This document shows, in pieces, positions 1 to 12,744 of a stretch of 64,000 nucleotides of DNA (position 1 is its first letter; the number at the start of each line of letters is the position of its first letter). A program made the position numbers and the translations under genes. The DNA is from Tubiluchus corallicola (Eukaryota > Animalia > Priapulida). The notes beneath the pieces were generated by a model. The model searched no databases. It was not told where the DNA came from and saw only the letters and a list, made by a program, of their open reading frames with translations. The DNA is taken from NCBI GenBank assembly GCA_030141605.1, contig JAQGDQ010000563.1, positions 16,293 to 80,292 on the forward strand, written 5' to 3'.

Positions 1-469
1 ATGACGTCATTCGTCTTGAAGAAAAGTAGCGCACTGTCAATTTTTGTCAAAAGTGTAATAAATTTTTATAAAAGCATCAGATAGCTGATTTCGTACCATT
101 TTTGTATAAACATTAGGCAAGCTACAGAAGTTTGAATTAATTTAACCAGCGAGCGCTTACGGAAAGTCTCGACGCGCTTATGAAAATTCACGAAGTCTCC
201 CAGTTACGTCATAATTTTCAAGTGAATGGCGGCAACCACCACATCTGAGAATTTCTATTCAGAACTAGTATGTTTTAAATTTATGCTTTATAGGCAGTTC
301 TTTGCAAATTTCTTTGTTATAAGTTTTTAAGTTTAAGTGATAACAGTAAAATAAACATAACATACTGAGTGACTTGTTCTTTCCTTTAATGAAAAACATG
401 TAAGAAACTTGAAAAGAACATTTGCAAACATATAATACATGATTAACACAATATCATTGCGAAACTCAC

Positions 470-578
470 CTAAAATTGACCAACTAATGATGCTGTTGAT
501 AGGCGGTAATCCTTGTTTATTTTTCAAACTTCGTGATGTTGACCAAACAACAATTGTTGCAACCACAATAAGCAATGC
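470..578 (-). CDS. PIGN: PIGN internal exon (ALLIVVAT...LKNKQGLPPINSIISWSIL); gene continues off the left edge
   Basis: tttag acceptor and gtgag donor; 109 nt; resembles human ...SLLRKQGLPLMNQIISW; phase fits the previous exon. Confidence 0.93.
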
Positions 579-767
579 CTAAATTCAACATTCTCACATT
601 TATTATAATTATAAATTAAAATATAATGCTTCCCAATAAAGTTACTTTTCTGGATAAAATGTACGGATAAGAAAGTTTGTAAAAACGACAGACTTTGTTA
701 TAGTTTTGGTTTAGTTTAGTTTATACACACCTATTAGTACATAAAACAACATTCATAAAAAAATAAA

Positions 768-958
768 AATCACTCTATGCACAGACAAATGCATAATTAA
801 GCAAAGTCCACATAAAACAACTGAAGTTACTGAACTGTTGCCGCTGATGGTTTTGCTTTACACACGTCATGTGACGGTTGCAGTTAAGTTGCATTGCATT
901 AAACTTAACCTCTGACCTATAGCAACTGCTCATGCATACAATGAAACTGTGGAAAGGC
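768..958 (+). mobile_element. Harbinger-like MITE copy D (right half only)
   Basis: aatcactcta...aaaacaactgaagttactgaactg...gaaaggc matches copy A. Confidence 0.7.
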
Positions 959-1041
959 TTCATTCCTCCATCGAAGAAAATTTCTTGCATCTGTTACATC
1001 TGTATTAATAAGCTATTACTCATGTGATCACATTTTATTAC

Positions 1042-1105
1042 CTGGATTACATTGAGAACTAGCACCTTCCTTCGCTCATTTCCAGTAATGACCGATGCCG
1101 TGACC
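1042..1105 (-). CDS. PIGN: PIGN exon (VTASVITGNERRKVLVLNVIQ)
   Basis: tttcag/gtaat splice sites; 64 nt; phase 2 to 0 bridges both neighbours without a stop. Confidence 0.82.
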
Positions 1106-1170
1106 CTGAAACAGTTTTAAAGACAATTTCACTAATGCAACTTGGAGGTTAAGAAAATGAAATTCAGCCA

Positions 1171-2514
1171 AAAAACAAACCAGCACCCAAATGCATACAC
1201 AAAGTTTTTTCATTTGTTTAGAAAAAACCAACCAGCACCCAAATGCATACACAAAGTTTTTTCATTTTGTTTAGAAAAAACCAACCAGCACCCAAATGCA
1301 TACACAAAGTTTTTTCATTTTGTTTAGAAAAAAACAAACCAGCACCCAAATGCATACACAAAGTTTTTTCATTTTGTTTAGAAAAAAACCAACCAGCACC
1401 CAAATGCATACACAAAGTTTTTTCATTTTGTTTAGAAAAAAACCAACCAGCACCCAAATGCATACACAAAGTTTTTTCATTTTGTTTAGAAAAAAACAAA
1501 CCAGCACCCAAATGCATACACAAAGTTTCTTCATTTTGTTTAGAAAAAAAACAAACCAGCACCCAAATGCATACACAAAGTTTCTTCATTTTGTTTAGAA
1601 AAAAAACAAACCAGCACCCAAATGCATACACAAAGTTTTTTCATTTTGTTTAGAAAAAACCAACCCAACCAGCACCCAAATGCATACACAAAGTTTTTTC
1701 ATTTTGTTTAGAAAAAAAACAAACCAGCACCCAAATGCATACACAAAGTGTTTTCATTTGTTTAGAAAAAAACAAACCAGCACCCAAATGCATACACAAA
1801 GTTTTTTCATTTTGTTTAGAAAAAAACAAACCAGCACCCAAATGCATACACAAAGTTTCTTCATTTTGTTTAGAAAAAAAACAAACCAGCACCCAAATGC
1901 ATACACAAAGTTTCTTCATTTTGTTTAGAAAAAAAACAAACCAGCACCCAAATGCATACACAAAGTTTTTTCATTTTGTTTAGAAAAAAAACAAACCAGC
2001 ACCCAAATGCATACACAAAGTTTTTTCATTTTGTTTAGAAAAAAAACAAACCAGCACCCAAATGCATGCACAAAGTGTTTTCATTTGTTTAGAAAAAAAC
2101 AAACCAGCACCCAAATGCATACACAAAGTTTTTTCATTTTGTTTAGAAAAAAAACAAACCAGCACCCAAATGCATACACAAAGTGTTTTCATTTGTTTAG
2201 AAAAAAACAAACCAGCACCCAAATGCATACACAAAGTTTTTTCATTTTGTTTAGAAAAAAAACAAACCAGCACCCAAATGCATACACAAAGTGTTTTCAT
2301 TTTGTTTAGAAAAAAAACAAACCAGCACCCAAATGCATGCACAAAGTGTTTTCATTTGTTTAGAAAAAAAACAAACCAGCACCCAAATGCATACACAAAG
2401 TGTTTTCATTTTGTTTAGAAAAAAAACAAACCAGCACCCAAATGCATGCACAAAGTGTTTTCATTTGTTTAGAAAAAAAACAAACCAGCACCCAAATGCA
2501 TACACAAAGTGTTT
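1171..2514. repeat. ~54-55-bp minisatellite, ~25 copies
   Basis: unit aaacaaaccagcacccaaatgcatacacaaagttttttcattttgtttagaaaaa with a variable A-run. Confidence 0.95.
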
Positions 2515-2853
2515 CCGCGTGTTCCAAGGTCACTACTAATCATACCACCAAATGAAAACCCACATATAAGCTCCTATTCGTCTCCAAAAGATGGTCAAGC
2601 ATCTATCTGTGAAGCCTTCAAAATTCAGGACCCTTTCTTGACCCTTTATTGTCCGGGGGGACAGCGGGACAGAATGCAAAATCTTATAAAAATGTCCAAA
2701 ACTCTGTTACACTGACCTAAAGAATCATTCCTGAAAGTTCGGCAGCTGTATCCAGTCAGCCCCGTTTCATCAAAATTTGGCCTTAACAGACTGGGCTATT
2801 TCTTATTTGTTTATAAATCAGACATTATATACCATATAAGAGAAATGGTTTAC

Positions 2854-2904
2854 CTAGTTGTAACGTATGCAGTCAGGATAACAGAGATTACTCCTGTAAG
2901 AACT
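2854..2904 (-). CDS. PIGN: PIGN exon (VLTGVISVILTAYVTT), transmembrane segment
   Basis: tttttag/gtaaac; 51 nt; phase 2-2; hydrophobic segment at the expected position. Confidence 0.82.
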   Translation of the reverse strand, partial: SSYRSNLCYPDCIRYN

Positions 2905-3575
2905 CTAAAAAGAACAAAATTATATTAAAGAACAACATCAAGCTTTATATATAAATGTTGAATGAATTAAGACATTTCTGTAGCATCTTACAGAAAACAT
3001 TAAAGAAAAACAGGATGATTTTTGATATCCTACCCTATTTTCAAGTCCGTATACATAGTAAGTATAGTAAGGATAGTAAGTATACATTTTAACACAATTA
3101 ATACTGCAAAAGCATTTCTGATAATTAAATAATAGATCAAAAACTATCTGTGTCACATGTGTGCCGGACATACATTCAGCTCATAACCATGGAAACCAAT
3201 AACATGGTGATTTAAAGTGTTTTGGCAGTTTTGCAGCATTTTGAGTAACATGGAGCAAAATTATTAGTGCGAATTTACCATAATGAATATTCTGATTGCC
3301 TAAAGTAGTGTTAAGCTAATTTGTTTGACACCTTGCGCAATAGGGTTAGCCTGTTCCGAAGTTGACTCATTGTTAATTAGGTGATACATATTTTCTCACA
3401 ATAGCAAACGATAGAGCTTTTGCATACGGATTCAATCTGCACGGCTTCATGTAAACTCCATAAATAATTCGTCTCAACATCAGTACAGACAGGCCATGCA
3501 CCGTTGTAAAATAAATTACATACTTAGATAACAGTGTTAAACTGACACTGGTGTTAAAACACGTGAAACACTTAC

Positions 3576-3667
3576 ACGAAAACAAAGTTAGAATCTCTTC
3601 CTACGACAGGCAGCAATGGAAATACTGCAGTGACTAGACAAGACACAGTCCAACCCAACACGATCTT
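3576..3667 (-). CDS. PIGN: PIGN exon (KIVLGWTVSCLVTAVFPLLPVVGRDSNFVF)
   Basis: AVFPLLPVVGR matches PIGN AVFPLMPVVGR; ttgtag/gtaag; 92 nt. Confidence 0.93.
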
Positions 3668-3729
3668 CTACAAAATAAACCAGAACAATCAGCAATACGA
3701 CATATCAAACCATTTCAGACGTATCAGGC

Positions 3730-4226
3730 AGGGATGAGAATGACAAATTGGAAAAAACTCTGAAACGGGCTGGGGGTTTAGGGGCAGTGTAGGCCTCCCA
3801 TGGGGGTTCAAGGGGGGCAAAGCCGCCTTGGAGCCAGCAACAAATTGCAATTTTGTGACCATAGAGAGCCTCTAAGTGGAATTAAAATATCAGTTACCTT
3901 GTTTCATGCATAATTTAAAATACCCAACTATCAAGGATACATGATACCTAATTGTCTCAAAAACGCCTAAGTACTGGCCGCTCCTATGCAAAAGTATATA
4001 AAAACTGTCTGTAATTGACTCAAATAACTCTACACAATTGATTCTATATTTTTATACATAGAGATATACACGTGGTTACACTGATGTACGTGATGTAAAC
4101 AAAGTGACGGCCTGCCAACTAGCGGTCAGCTTGTGAAACAATGTACCGGGTCTGTAAAAATTTTCTCAACGAATTTATGCGATTTACAAAAATGATACTA
4201 CTGGTCTTCCAAAAACTCGGAATTCC
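3730..4226. mobile_element. Second copy of the same hAT MITE, right end missing
   Basis: starts CAGGGATGAGAA; closely matches 5587-6080 in the same orientation. Confidence 0.82.
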
Positions 4227-4943
4227 GCGTATTCAATTCAACAGTCTGTTAATTTATATTTACACTGTAATTGTATTTTTGTGTTGAAGAAATAAATACA
4301 AATACAAATACAATTATATAAATACAAATTTCATAATGACTTCTGGTATTTCTTTTTAAATTATGAAGTGTTTAGAGGAAAACCGGATGATCGAGTAGAC
4401 ATTAATTCAAAATGAAGTATGCTCTCTAAAAATATTCAAAACTAGAACAGGTTTTTTTGAAATCAAACTTAGGGATTGAATAATAATTACCTTGGATACT
4501 TAAATTTGGTTAAAATTTCAAATTTTAGCAAATCTACTAAGACTGGCAATGGTGCCTTTTTGTCAAATTTGTGTGACCGATAAATAGGTGCAGTACAGTG
4601 ATAAGCATGATCAGGAACTGCAGTGTTCGTCTGTGATGTCAGTGTAACGTAGAGCTCATTTTTGTGACATCATTTCAGCATCTTATAGAAACCTTCACTT
4701 ATGCAAACCTGCTTGACGCTCAGGGAAGATATCTATCATTGCACAAACTGTGGTTAGTTTGTGATGTAAGCAATAGCTGTGTTCGGTTGCCATTAATTAA
4801 CTTTCCAAGGTAATTATTTAAATATTACAAACAAATGCAAACTTTTATAGGCAACAAAATGTATTTTCCGGACAGTAAATTAAAATTAAAATCAGATTGA
4901 GTCTAATCAATCAGCCGGTTTCCTTTAAATTATGAAAAATTAC

Positions 4944-5036
4944 CAGATATTGTTCTTGAGAATAAGAGACCAATGGCCACAGTCCAATACAAACAAGCCC
5001 TATAGACAATATGTGTCGATAGAAAAATGATAAAAC
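4944..5036 (-). CDS. PIGN: PIGN exon (VLSFFYRHILSIGLVCIGLWPLV...)
   Basis: VLSFFYR motif as in PIGN; ttgtag/gtaat; 93 nt. Confidence 0.93.
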
Positions 5037-5383
5037 CTACAAAACAAAACAAACTTCGAGTTACAAAACGATTTTAGAATTGAAATTAATAAAATCATAA
5101 AACACCATATTAATTCCCTTCATAGATATAAATTATTGCATAATGAATTAAACACAATTCAAAACTGCATCAAGCACATATAATGATTATGAATCTTACT
5201 AATGTGGCTAAGTAGCCAAAGTTGTCAAGCAGATTTAGGGAATGCTCGAATGGTAAGGGGCAGTGCACATTCGACTGTGTTAACACTTGTGTGCAAACAA
5301 TATGAAAGAAAGTTTCTGGGTGTTTGAATTCTGTTAATCCAGTGAAATTTCTTCACATCGACAGAGCGGCACTGCAGTTCTGT

Positions 5384-6574
5384 CAGGGGCAGCTCTAGGT
5401 AGTTTCACGTTCTAGGCAAAAAGTATTTTTAGCACCCCCCTCCTCAATGGTCAACCCCTTCCCCCCACAGTCCGAACCACACCCTCAATGTTAAATTTTT
5501 CTCGTATAATATTATAACAAAGTGTGATGGTACCTGTGTGTTAGGCTTATACATGTATATAGTGCACTGACTAAGTGTAGTTAATTCAGAGATGAGAACA
5601 ACAAATTGCAAAAAACTCTGAAACAGGCCGGGGGTTTTGGGGCCGCCTAAGCCCCCCAATGGGGTTAAGAGGCAAAGCCCCCTTGGAGCCAGTAACAAAT
5701 TGCAATTTTGTGACCATAGAGAGCCTCTCAGTAGACTTAAAATATCAGTTACCTTGTTTCGTGCATAATTTAAAATACCCAACTATCAAGGATACATGAT
5801 ACCTGATTGTCTCAAAAACGCCTAAGTACTGGCCGCTCCTATGCAAAAGTGTATAAAAACTGTCTGCAATTGCCTCAAATAACTCTGCACAATTGATTCT
5901 ATATTTTTATACATAGAGATCTACACGTGGTTACACTGATGTACGTGATGTAAACAAAGTGACGGCCTGCCAACAAGCGGTCAGCTTGTGAAATAATGTA
6001 CTGTATCCGTAAAATTTTCTCAACGAATTTATGCGATTTACAAAAATGGCACTACTGGTCTTCCAAAAACTCGGAATTCCGAGGAAAATTCTCATCCCCG
6101 AGTTAATTACCTTCTATAACTTGTGCTGATCGAATTTGAAATTGAATTTATGACACCACTGCATTCTGTATGACTCACCAGCTTTTTTACCTTTCATTTC
6201 CTCTATTCGGTTTATATGAGTTAGATATATCAGACCAAAGTTAGATAACTACTATTGTAAAATTTGTTTTTTTAAAACTCATAATAGAAACTGGAGCCGA
6301 AAGCAGAGCAATGAGTCTTTAATATCATTAAGTAATGCCTGTGCGAAATGACGTAATCTCTGAAAACCAGAAAAAGGCAAAGTGTTTTGCTACGGTAAGA
6401 CATGTGCTGCCATCTATGAAAACCAGAAATAGGCAAAGTGTTTTGCTACGGTAAGACATATGCTGCCATCTATGAAGTACACATTTCGACAAGAAAAGTG
6501 TCCTTTCAATTAATTAGTATTGTGTACATAAGGAAAGCAAGTGCCTAGTTTGCCTAGAGATAGAGCCGGCATTG
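5384..6574. mobile_element. Older hAT-like element hosting the 5587-6100 MITE
   Basis: imperfect TIRs CAGGGGCAGCTCTA / TAGAGCCGGCATTG; flanks AGTTCTGT / AGTTCTGG (7 of 8 match). Confidence 0.65.
5587..6100. mobile_element. hAT-type MITE
   Basis: TIRs CAGAGATGAGAA / TTCTCATCCCCG; perfect 8-bp TSD AGTTAATT (5579-5586 and 6101-6108). Confidence 0.88.
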
Positions 6575-6736
6575 AGTTCTGGTGTTAACTTGAAGAACTA
6601 ACCCTGTTCCATTACTCGTATTTGTCTTACTTATTGTACTATGAGTAAGTGATGATACTAATAAAAGAAAAAAGTCTTTATATGCAAAGTACTGTCCACT
6701 TTTCTGAAGTTAAAATAACGTTAAAAAGCCACTTAC

Positions 6737-6839
6737 TAAAGTTTGTACAGCTAATATGGTGAGTATCACAATTAATGCAGCCTTGATAGCAAGTTGATTT
6801 AATGCTATGTATTTCATTGCATCAACAAATATACATTTC
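6737..6839 (-). CDS. PIGN: PIGN exon (KCIFVDAMKYIALNQLAIKAALIVILTILAVQTL)
   Basis: ttttcag/gtaagt; 103 nt; phase 2 to 0 fits both neighbours. Confidence 0.85.
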
Positions 6840-7613
6840 CTGAAAAGAAAACAAACAGCTATTTAAACTTTTTACTGATAGTAGAAAATCTCGCAATAAC
6901 AGTTGAAAATCGAATCATTTATTGCGGCTAAAATCACTTCTAATTCAGTGACTTGACTACTAGAATTCTTGCTTTAAGGAAAAAAAGTTTTTTTTATCAT
7001 ATGCTGACCTACTTTCAAAGTATACACAGGAAAGTATACATTTTAGCATTTACAGAAACTCCAGTGTTTCTGATAATTAAACATTAACTTGAAAACTTAA
7101 TTTAAACTTAATTTAACTAAACTGATGTCAACATAGCACAATCTATTATCTTTCTTCCTACCATTTCTACTAACACATCCTTCTACCCTTCCTGTGTGAT
7201 CTAACCTTTCTCCTAGTTCTTTTTTGTTCACTCATCCATTTTTTTTATCGGGTTCACATGACAGTGGGCTTATACAAGCCTTTGCTTCTCTAGCCCACTG
7301 CAGTACAATTATTCTTTTATGATAACGATAGTGTATGAAACATAACAATTTGATACAGTATGATGTAATAATTTTGATGTCAGTGTGAGCTTAATGTTAT
7401 TATATTGTACTGAATGTGATAATAATTATAAATAAAAAGAAAATAATTAGCAACTGGCGAAATGATGCGATGAGGAATGAAAAAAAGTTTTACGGAACAG
7501 AAACATTCCATCAGCATTTCGTTGCAACAGCGAAAATTGAAATTCAGTGTTGTACGTACAACGTTGACCGCGATACACTAAGATAATTTGTGTTTAAAAA
7601 TTTGAATTTTATG

Positions 7614-8253
7614 AGGCGTATCAAGGTGGAGGTACAGGGAGCAACCGCACAGGGGCACAAGGGTGAGAGGCCGCAAAATTCTTGTAGAGTTCAATGACTG
7701 TTAATTATTAATTATAGATCCTACATTAACGAAACAATTATCAAAAATTTTCAAACTTCAGCAAAATTGCCTAGTCAGAGATCATTGTAGCTTAATTACT
7801 ACATACATCTTACAAAAAAGACTAAAGTTGTTACTTAATGGTATGTATTGGGTGTCGTGTGGCTTAGCAGATTGATAATTTTGGGAGAAACAGTGACGTT
7901 TCTCTAAATGCAGATTGTATTATTGTGAAAACCTGCAGTGTTCTGTATCTTTCATAATCTTTGCATGTTTTAATGCTGGAGCTGAATGTTTAATGACTGT
8001 CGTGTTATGAGCAACTAATGCATAGAAAAGAGTTACTCTGCTGCAGTACCACAAGTCAAACTCAGGGTCATTCTTAGAGAAAATTCATTTATCTTTATCC
8101 CATCACGCCGAGAAAGGAAAGTAGGGCTCAGAGACGCATAAGACGTGCAAAATTTGTGGCTTCACCCAGGAAACAAATGATCAAAACATTAAAGGGGTAG
8201 GGCGCTAGAAGTCTTTTTGCCCCCAGGAACCACAACTACTCGCTACACCAATG
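7614..8253. mobile_element. Dispersed non-autonomous DNA element with an inverted partial copy at ~41000-41350
   Basis: 7890-8110 is reverse-complement similar to 41140-41347; related CA(G/T)TGG.GTAGC ends. Confidence 0.55.
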
Positions 8254-8865
8254 GTTTACCACTGCGGCAACACAAAAGTTTGCAAATGTTTCAATGCTTC
8301 TGTGCAATGTGTTTCCGAGATACAACGTTAGTGTCCATGTAACTGGAATGGCAGATATATGCAGGAAACCAGCGATGCGAATGCAAAATTATGTTTCTGC
8401 AGTAATAATTCTTTCAGATAAGTAGCAGTGTCCTAGCTAATAGGACAGCGGGGGGGGGGGGGGGGGGGAGTAACCTAACCTCCCCCTGAACACATTTTTC
8501 AAAATTGGTGCCTTTCCGACAGTTTTTTAACGTTTCAGTTAATTTGTGTGACAACAGTCAAATCTTTTCTTTTATTTTGTAATCGCACGGCCTTGGAAGA
8601 ATTTTCTGGAATCAATTTGACCAACCTGCTTCCCCTGCTTTTAAAACGAGCGTGCATTTACATGACTCATTTGTCAAGGTTGAGTGACTGGACCAAGAGT
8701 GACGGAACCCTAAATCTAATTATTATAACATATTCTTGTCACATGCTGATACTGTATGTTGCTGCATAGACAAACATGTAATTGCTTCACGTGTCACGGT
8801 GCCTTTTTATGTGCTTGCTCCCCTTTATTTTACAACCTGGATACGCCCCTAATAAGTAGTTCTTA

Positions 8866-9485
8866 AAATACAAATTCGGTTTCAATATTTTATGCCTTAG
8901 ATTATTTTGAGCTACAGTTTAAAATTATGTACTGTTTTCCTTTAATAGCAAACAAATACAAGTTCGGTTTCAATATTTTATGCCTTAGATTATTTTGAGC
9001 TATAGTTTAAAATTATGTACTGTTTTCCTTTAATAGCAAACAAATACAAGTTCGGTTTCAATATTTTATGCCTTAGATTATTTTGAGCTATAGTTTAAAA
9101 TTACGTACTGTTTTCCTTTAATAGCAAACAAATACAAGTTTGGTTTCAATATTTTATGCCTTAGATTATTTTGAGCTATAGTTTAAAATTATGTACTGTT
9201 TTCCTTTAATAGCAAACAAATACAAATTCGGTTTCAATATTCTATGCCTTAGATTATTTTGAGCTATAGTTTAAAATTACGTACTGTTTTCCTTTAATAG
9301 CAAACAAATACAAGTTCGGTTTCAATATTTTATGCCTTAGATTGTTTTTAGATATAGTTTAAAATTATGTGCTGTTTTCCTTTAATAGCAAACAAATACA
9401 AGTTCGGTTTCAATATTTTATGCCTTAGATTATTTTGAGCTATAGTTTAAAATTATGTACTGTTTTCCTTTAATAGCAAACAAAT
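8866..9485. repeat. 88-bp tandem repeat, ~7 copies
   Basis: aaatacaa(a/g)ttcggtttc recurs at 8866, 8954, 9042 and onward. Confidence 0.95.
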
Positions 9486-9531
9486 TAGAAATGAGAAGAT
9501 TATATTTTACAAATGAATAAATATGACTTAC

Positions 9532-9604
9532 TGTTGCCAAACTTGACTCCATAGAAACAGCGGCAGTAAGCAATAGATGTAATACATAACCGGGCTAGAT
9601 TGAA
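9532..9604 (-). CDS. PIGN: PIGN exon (QSSPVMYYIYCLLPLFLWSQVWQ)
   Basis: matches PIGN QACPWTYYVYGLLPLPIW; ttgcag/gtaagt; 73 nt. Confidence 0.92.
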
Positions 9605-10116
9605 CTGCAAGAAAAACATTCAATTTTTATTCATAACGAATGTGAAACAACAAATTCATCATCATCATCATCGTCATACGCCCGTCACGTCTATTGTAGA
9701 CATTGGGCAGGCAGAATTCTAAAATAAAAGAAATCTGCCTTCAGACAGGTAAACGCAGTAGTAATCCAGCAAAAAAACTAGACACTGCTACGTCAGTGGC
9801 TTGTCAGCACCACTTCCGAAAGAAACAACAAATTACTAGTGTTGTGTGTCAGTGGCGTAGCTGATGGGGGGAGGGGGGAGCAAAGAAAACAGCCACTCGC
9901 TCTGAACACATGTTTGAAAATTGGCAACTTTTTGTTAATGGAGACGTTACTTTATTTGACCAACCTGTCTTCCGTGTTTTTGAAACGAGCGTACATTTAC
10001 ACAACTCATTTGTCAAGGTCGTCTGATTAAATCAACGATCAAATTTCTACCCAAAGTCTCTTTAATAAAAGTTATGAGTAACATTAAAAATGCGGAAAGT
10101 TAAGTTATGTTCATCA

Positions 10117-10710
10117 GCCTTTTCAAAGTTTCAGCAATTGATGACGATTGTGAAAAGGTCAAAGGTTAAGTGTACCAGACATGGCATTTGTGTACACTTG
10201 ACAACGCCTCGCAGCCCATGCTGTTGTAATAGTAACACTTTTAACAGCTAGAACCTTACCTAGTTCATTTTTTCGTTGCCAAGTGAGATCCTGCTAGTAA
10301 ATCACTCTAGGCACAGAATAATGCATGATTAATCAAAGTCCAGGTAAAACAACTGAAGTTACTGAACTGATGTGCCAGTCGGCTTTTCTTTAAAAACACG
10401 TGTCATGTAACGATCATAGATAACATGTGTTGCTGTGGTACACTTAACCTTTGACCTACAGCAGCTGCACGTGTGCACAGCGAAACTGTGAAAGCCAAGC
10501 AAGATCCTGCTAATAAATCACCGTACGCACAGGCTAAAACAAATTTAATAAGGTCCACGTAAAACAGCTGAAGTTACTGAACTGATGCGGCAGACAGCTT
10601 TGCTTTACATAGACGGCACGAGACGGTTGTAGTTAACACGCATTGCTTTGGTACACTTAACCTTTGACCTACAGCAACTGCGCGTATGAACAGAGAAACT
10701 GTGAAAAGGC
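10117..10710 (+). mobile_element. Harbinger-like MITE copy A, with an internally duplicated right half
   Basis: termini GCCTTTTCA / TGAAAAGGC; subterminal inverted AGGTCAAAGGTTAAGTGTACCA; TCA/TTA flanks. Confidence 0.75.
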
Positions 10711-10820
10711 TTATTTATTCGAAGTGAACATTAAATTTACCAGTTAAATTTATCAGGTTAAAATGCAACTCAACTTGAAACAACAAGCAGATGTGTGAAA
10801 ACAGCAAAACTTCAACTTAC

Positions 10821-11516
10821 CAAACAGTAAAAAACAGATGATTAAAACTACGCCACTTAAAGACTTCACATTGTTTCTATCCCAGAATGCCCTGTCTAAT
10901 TGTTGCCCTCTGTGTGGAACAATGTCCGTGTGATTCTGGATGAGAAGCACGAAAACGTAAACGATCCAACCACAAAATATTGAGATTATGCACAAGCTGA
11001 GAAACGGCCTGTCGTAAGTCTGATAAAACTTTAACCCTTCCAAGGTCAACGAGATTAACTCTTTACTGGCATTATTGGCTTCGTCATGACTCTTGTTTCT
11101 CATGAGATTTTCTATTCTTCGTTGTTTCTCTTGTATCCTCGTTTTCGTCAGCATCGCAAACGGACGAAATAATAAAGAAATCGTGGTGAGCCTTTTCTCC
11201 TCTTCTTTTACTTTGTACTGTTCTGCCATCTGACGAGCATTCGTGAGCAACGCAGAGGACTTGAACTCGTCCGACGTACCTAGATAATCAATTGGGAGAA
11301 CTCCGACGGAATTCACGGGAAAAGGGATTCCGATTAAAGTCGCCATAAGTGGAGTTATGTCGGCCTGTTCTACGTCCGAGCGATGAAGATGATGGAGACC
11401 CCAGGAGATGCTAAGATCGTCCGCTTCGTTTGTCCTCAAGATAGGGCCACGAGTACCTGACCCCCATGCGACCAGTGGTGTTAATGTCTCCTGAGGGTGA
11501 CCCGTTCCATGTGACC
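10821..11516 (-). CDS. PIGN: PIGN large exon (GSHGTGHPQETLTPLVAWG...QADITPLMATLIGIPFPVNSVG...YQTYDR...)
   Basis: core of ORF 10753..11550; strong Mcd4/PIGN motifs; tttag/gtaagt; 696 nt; phase 1-1. Confidence 0.97.
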
Positions 11517-11609
11517 CTAAATAATGACAAATATTCAAATGATTAGACAATGCTTTTTCTAAATTTTGTTAAAAATTATTTACATTTCACTTGTATCTGA
11601 TCATAAGAA

Positions 11610-11996
11610 GTCTTTTCACAGTTTCGTTGTGCACATGTGCAGCTGCTGTAGGTCAAAGGTTAAGTGTATCACAGCAACACATGTTACCTACGATCGTGTC
11701 ATAACACGTGTTTTTAATGCAAAGCCGACTGGCACATTAGTTCAGTAACTTCAGTTGTTTTACGTAGACTTTACTTAATTATCCATTGGTCTGAGTGTAG
11801 ACTGATTTACTAGCAGGATTTTGCTTGGGAACAACAAAAAATGAACTAGGTAAGGTTCTGGCTAGCTGTTAAAACTGTTACTATTACAATAGCTTGGGTT
11901 GAGAGGCGTTGTAAAGTGTACACAAATGCGTTGTTAGGTACACTTAACCTTTGACCTTTTCACGATCATAATCAATCGCTGGAACTGCGAAAAGGC
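11610..11996 (-). mobile_element. Harbinger-like MITE copy B, inverted relative to A
   Basis: reverse complement of 10117-10495 along its length. Confidence 0.78.
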
Positions 11997-12076
11997 TTAC
12001 TTCCCAATTATTTTAAATATTCTAACAGCATTTCAAGCTTTAATGTGATCTAGAATTTGCGAGATTTTAAATTTAC

Positions 12077-12207
12077 CCCAGTCAGTCATGCCGTGGTCGG
12101 ATGTGAAGATGAAACTCGTCAGATTGTCGTCATCGTAGAAATTGCTAATTAGTGTAACGATCTCTTGTATTTTCTCATCCACTAATCTGATGTTGTCATT
12201 GTACTCC
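12077..12207 (-). CDS. PIGN: PIGN exon (EYNDNIRLVDEKIQ...FIFTSDHGMTDWG)
   Basis: alkaline-phosphatase-superfamily TSDHGM metal-binding motif; ttttaag/gtaaat; 131 nt. Confidence 0.96.
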
Positions 12208-12744
12208 CTTAAAAAAGAAATTTTAGAAATGTGACAATCAAAAAAAATATCATTTTAAAACAATGTTGAATACAAAAAAAAACTGATATCATTTCGAGAA
12301 AAATTTCAAAGATTCCATACTAACCTTTTAAGACATTATATTGGGTAAAAAGCACCCAAATGATTTATAAATTTAATAACAGTGTTAGGGTGTTTCATAA
12401 TCCCAAAATTCATTCAGGGCTGGACTGTCCTATAAGCTAGTATAGGCTACAGCTTAGGTCCCTCCCTCAAACTTTTGTAACATTTAATACAAACACTTAA
12501 GTCAAATTGTTTATTGCAGGCACTTGAAAACATTTATAGTTAAAACACTATAAGTTCATTATATAGCTTTTAATTTACAAAGCAGTTCAATTTGTTTAAG
12601 TTTATTTTCAAACACTTAGCTATTTGTTATTGTATCAATTTCTTTTCTATTGGTAAGCTATGTAAATATCGCTAAATAAGATAATAAGATATTTTATTAG
12701 GTAATCACAATTACAAATCACACAATACACACACCGATTATAAA

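Noticed and set aside
1142-2539. Overlapping ORFs and a CRISPR-like periodic look in this and other arrays
   Set aside because: Units are head-to-tail with no unique spacers, there are no cas genes, and the context is a eukaryotic intron.
3373-3585. ORF containing IYFTTVHGL, superficially like the PIGN N-terminus
   Set aside because: It lies in a downstream intron, out of order, with no flanking similarity or ADGLRAD motif.
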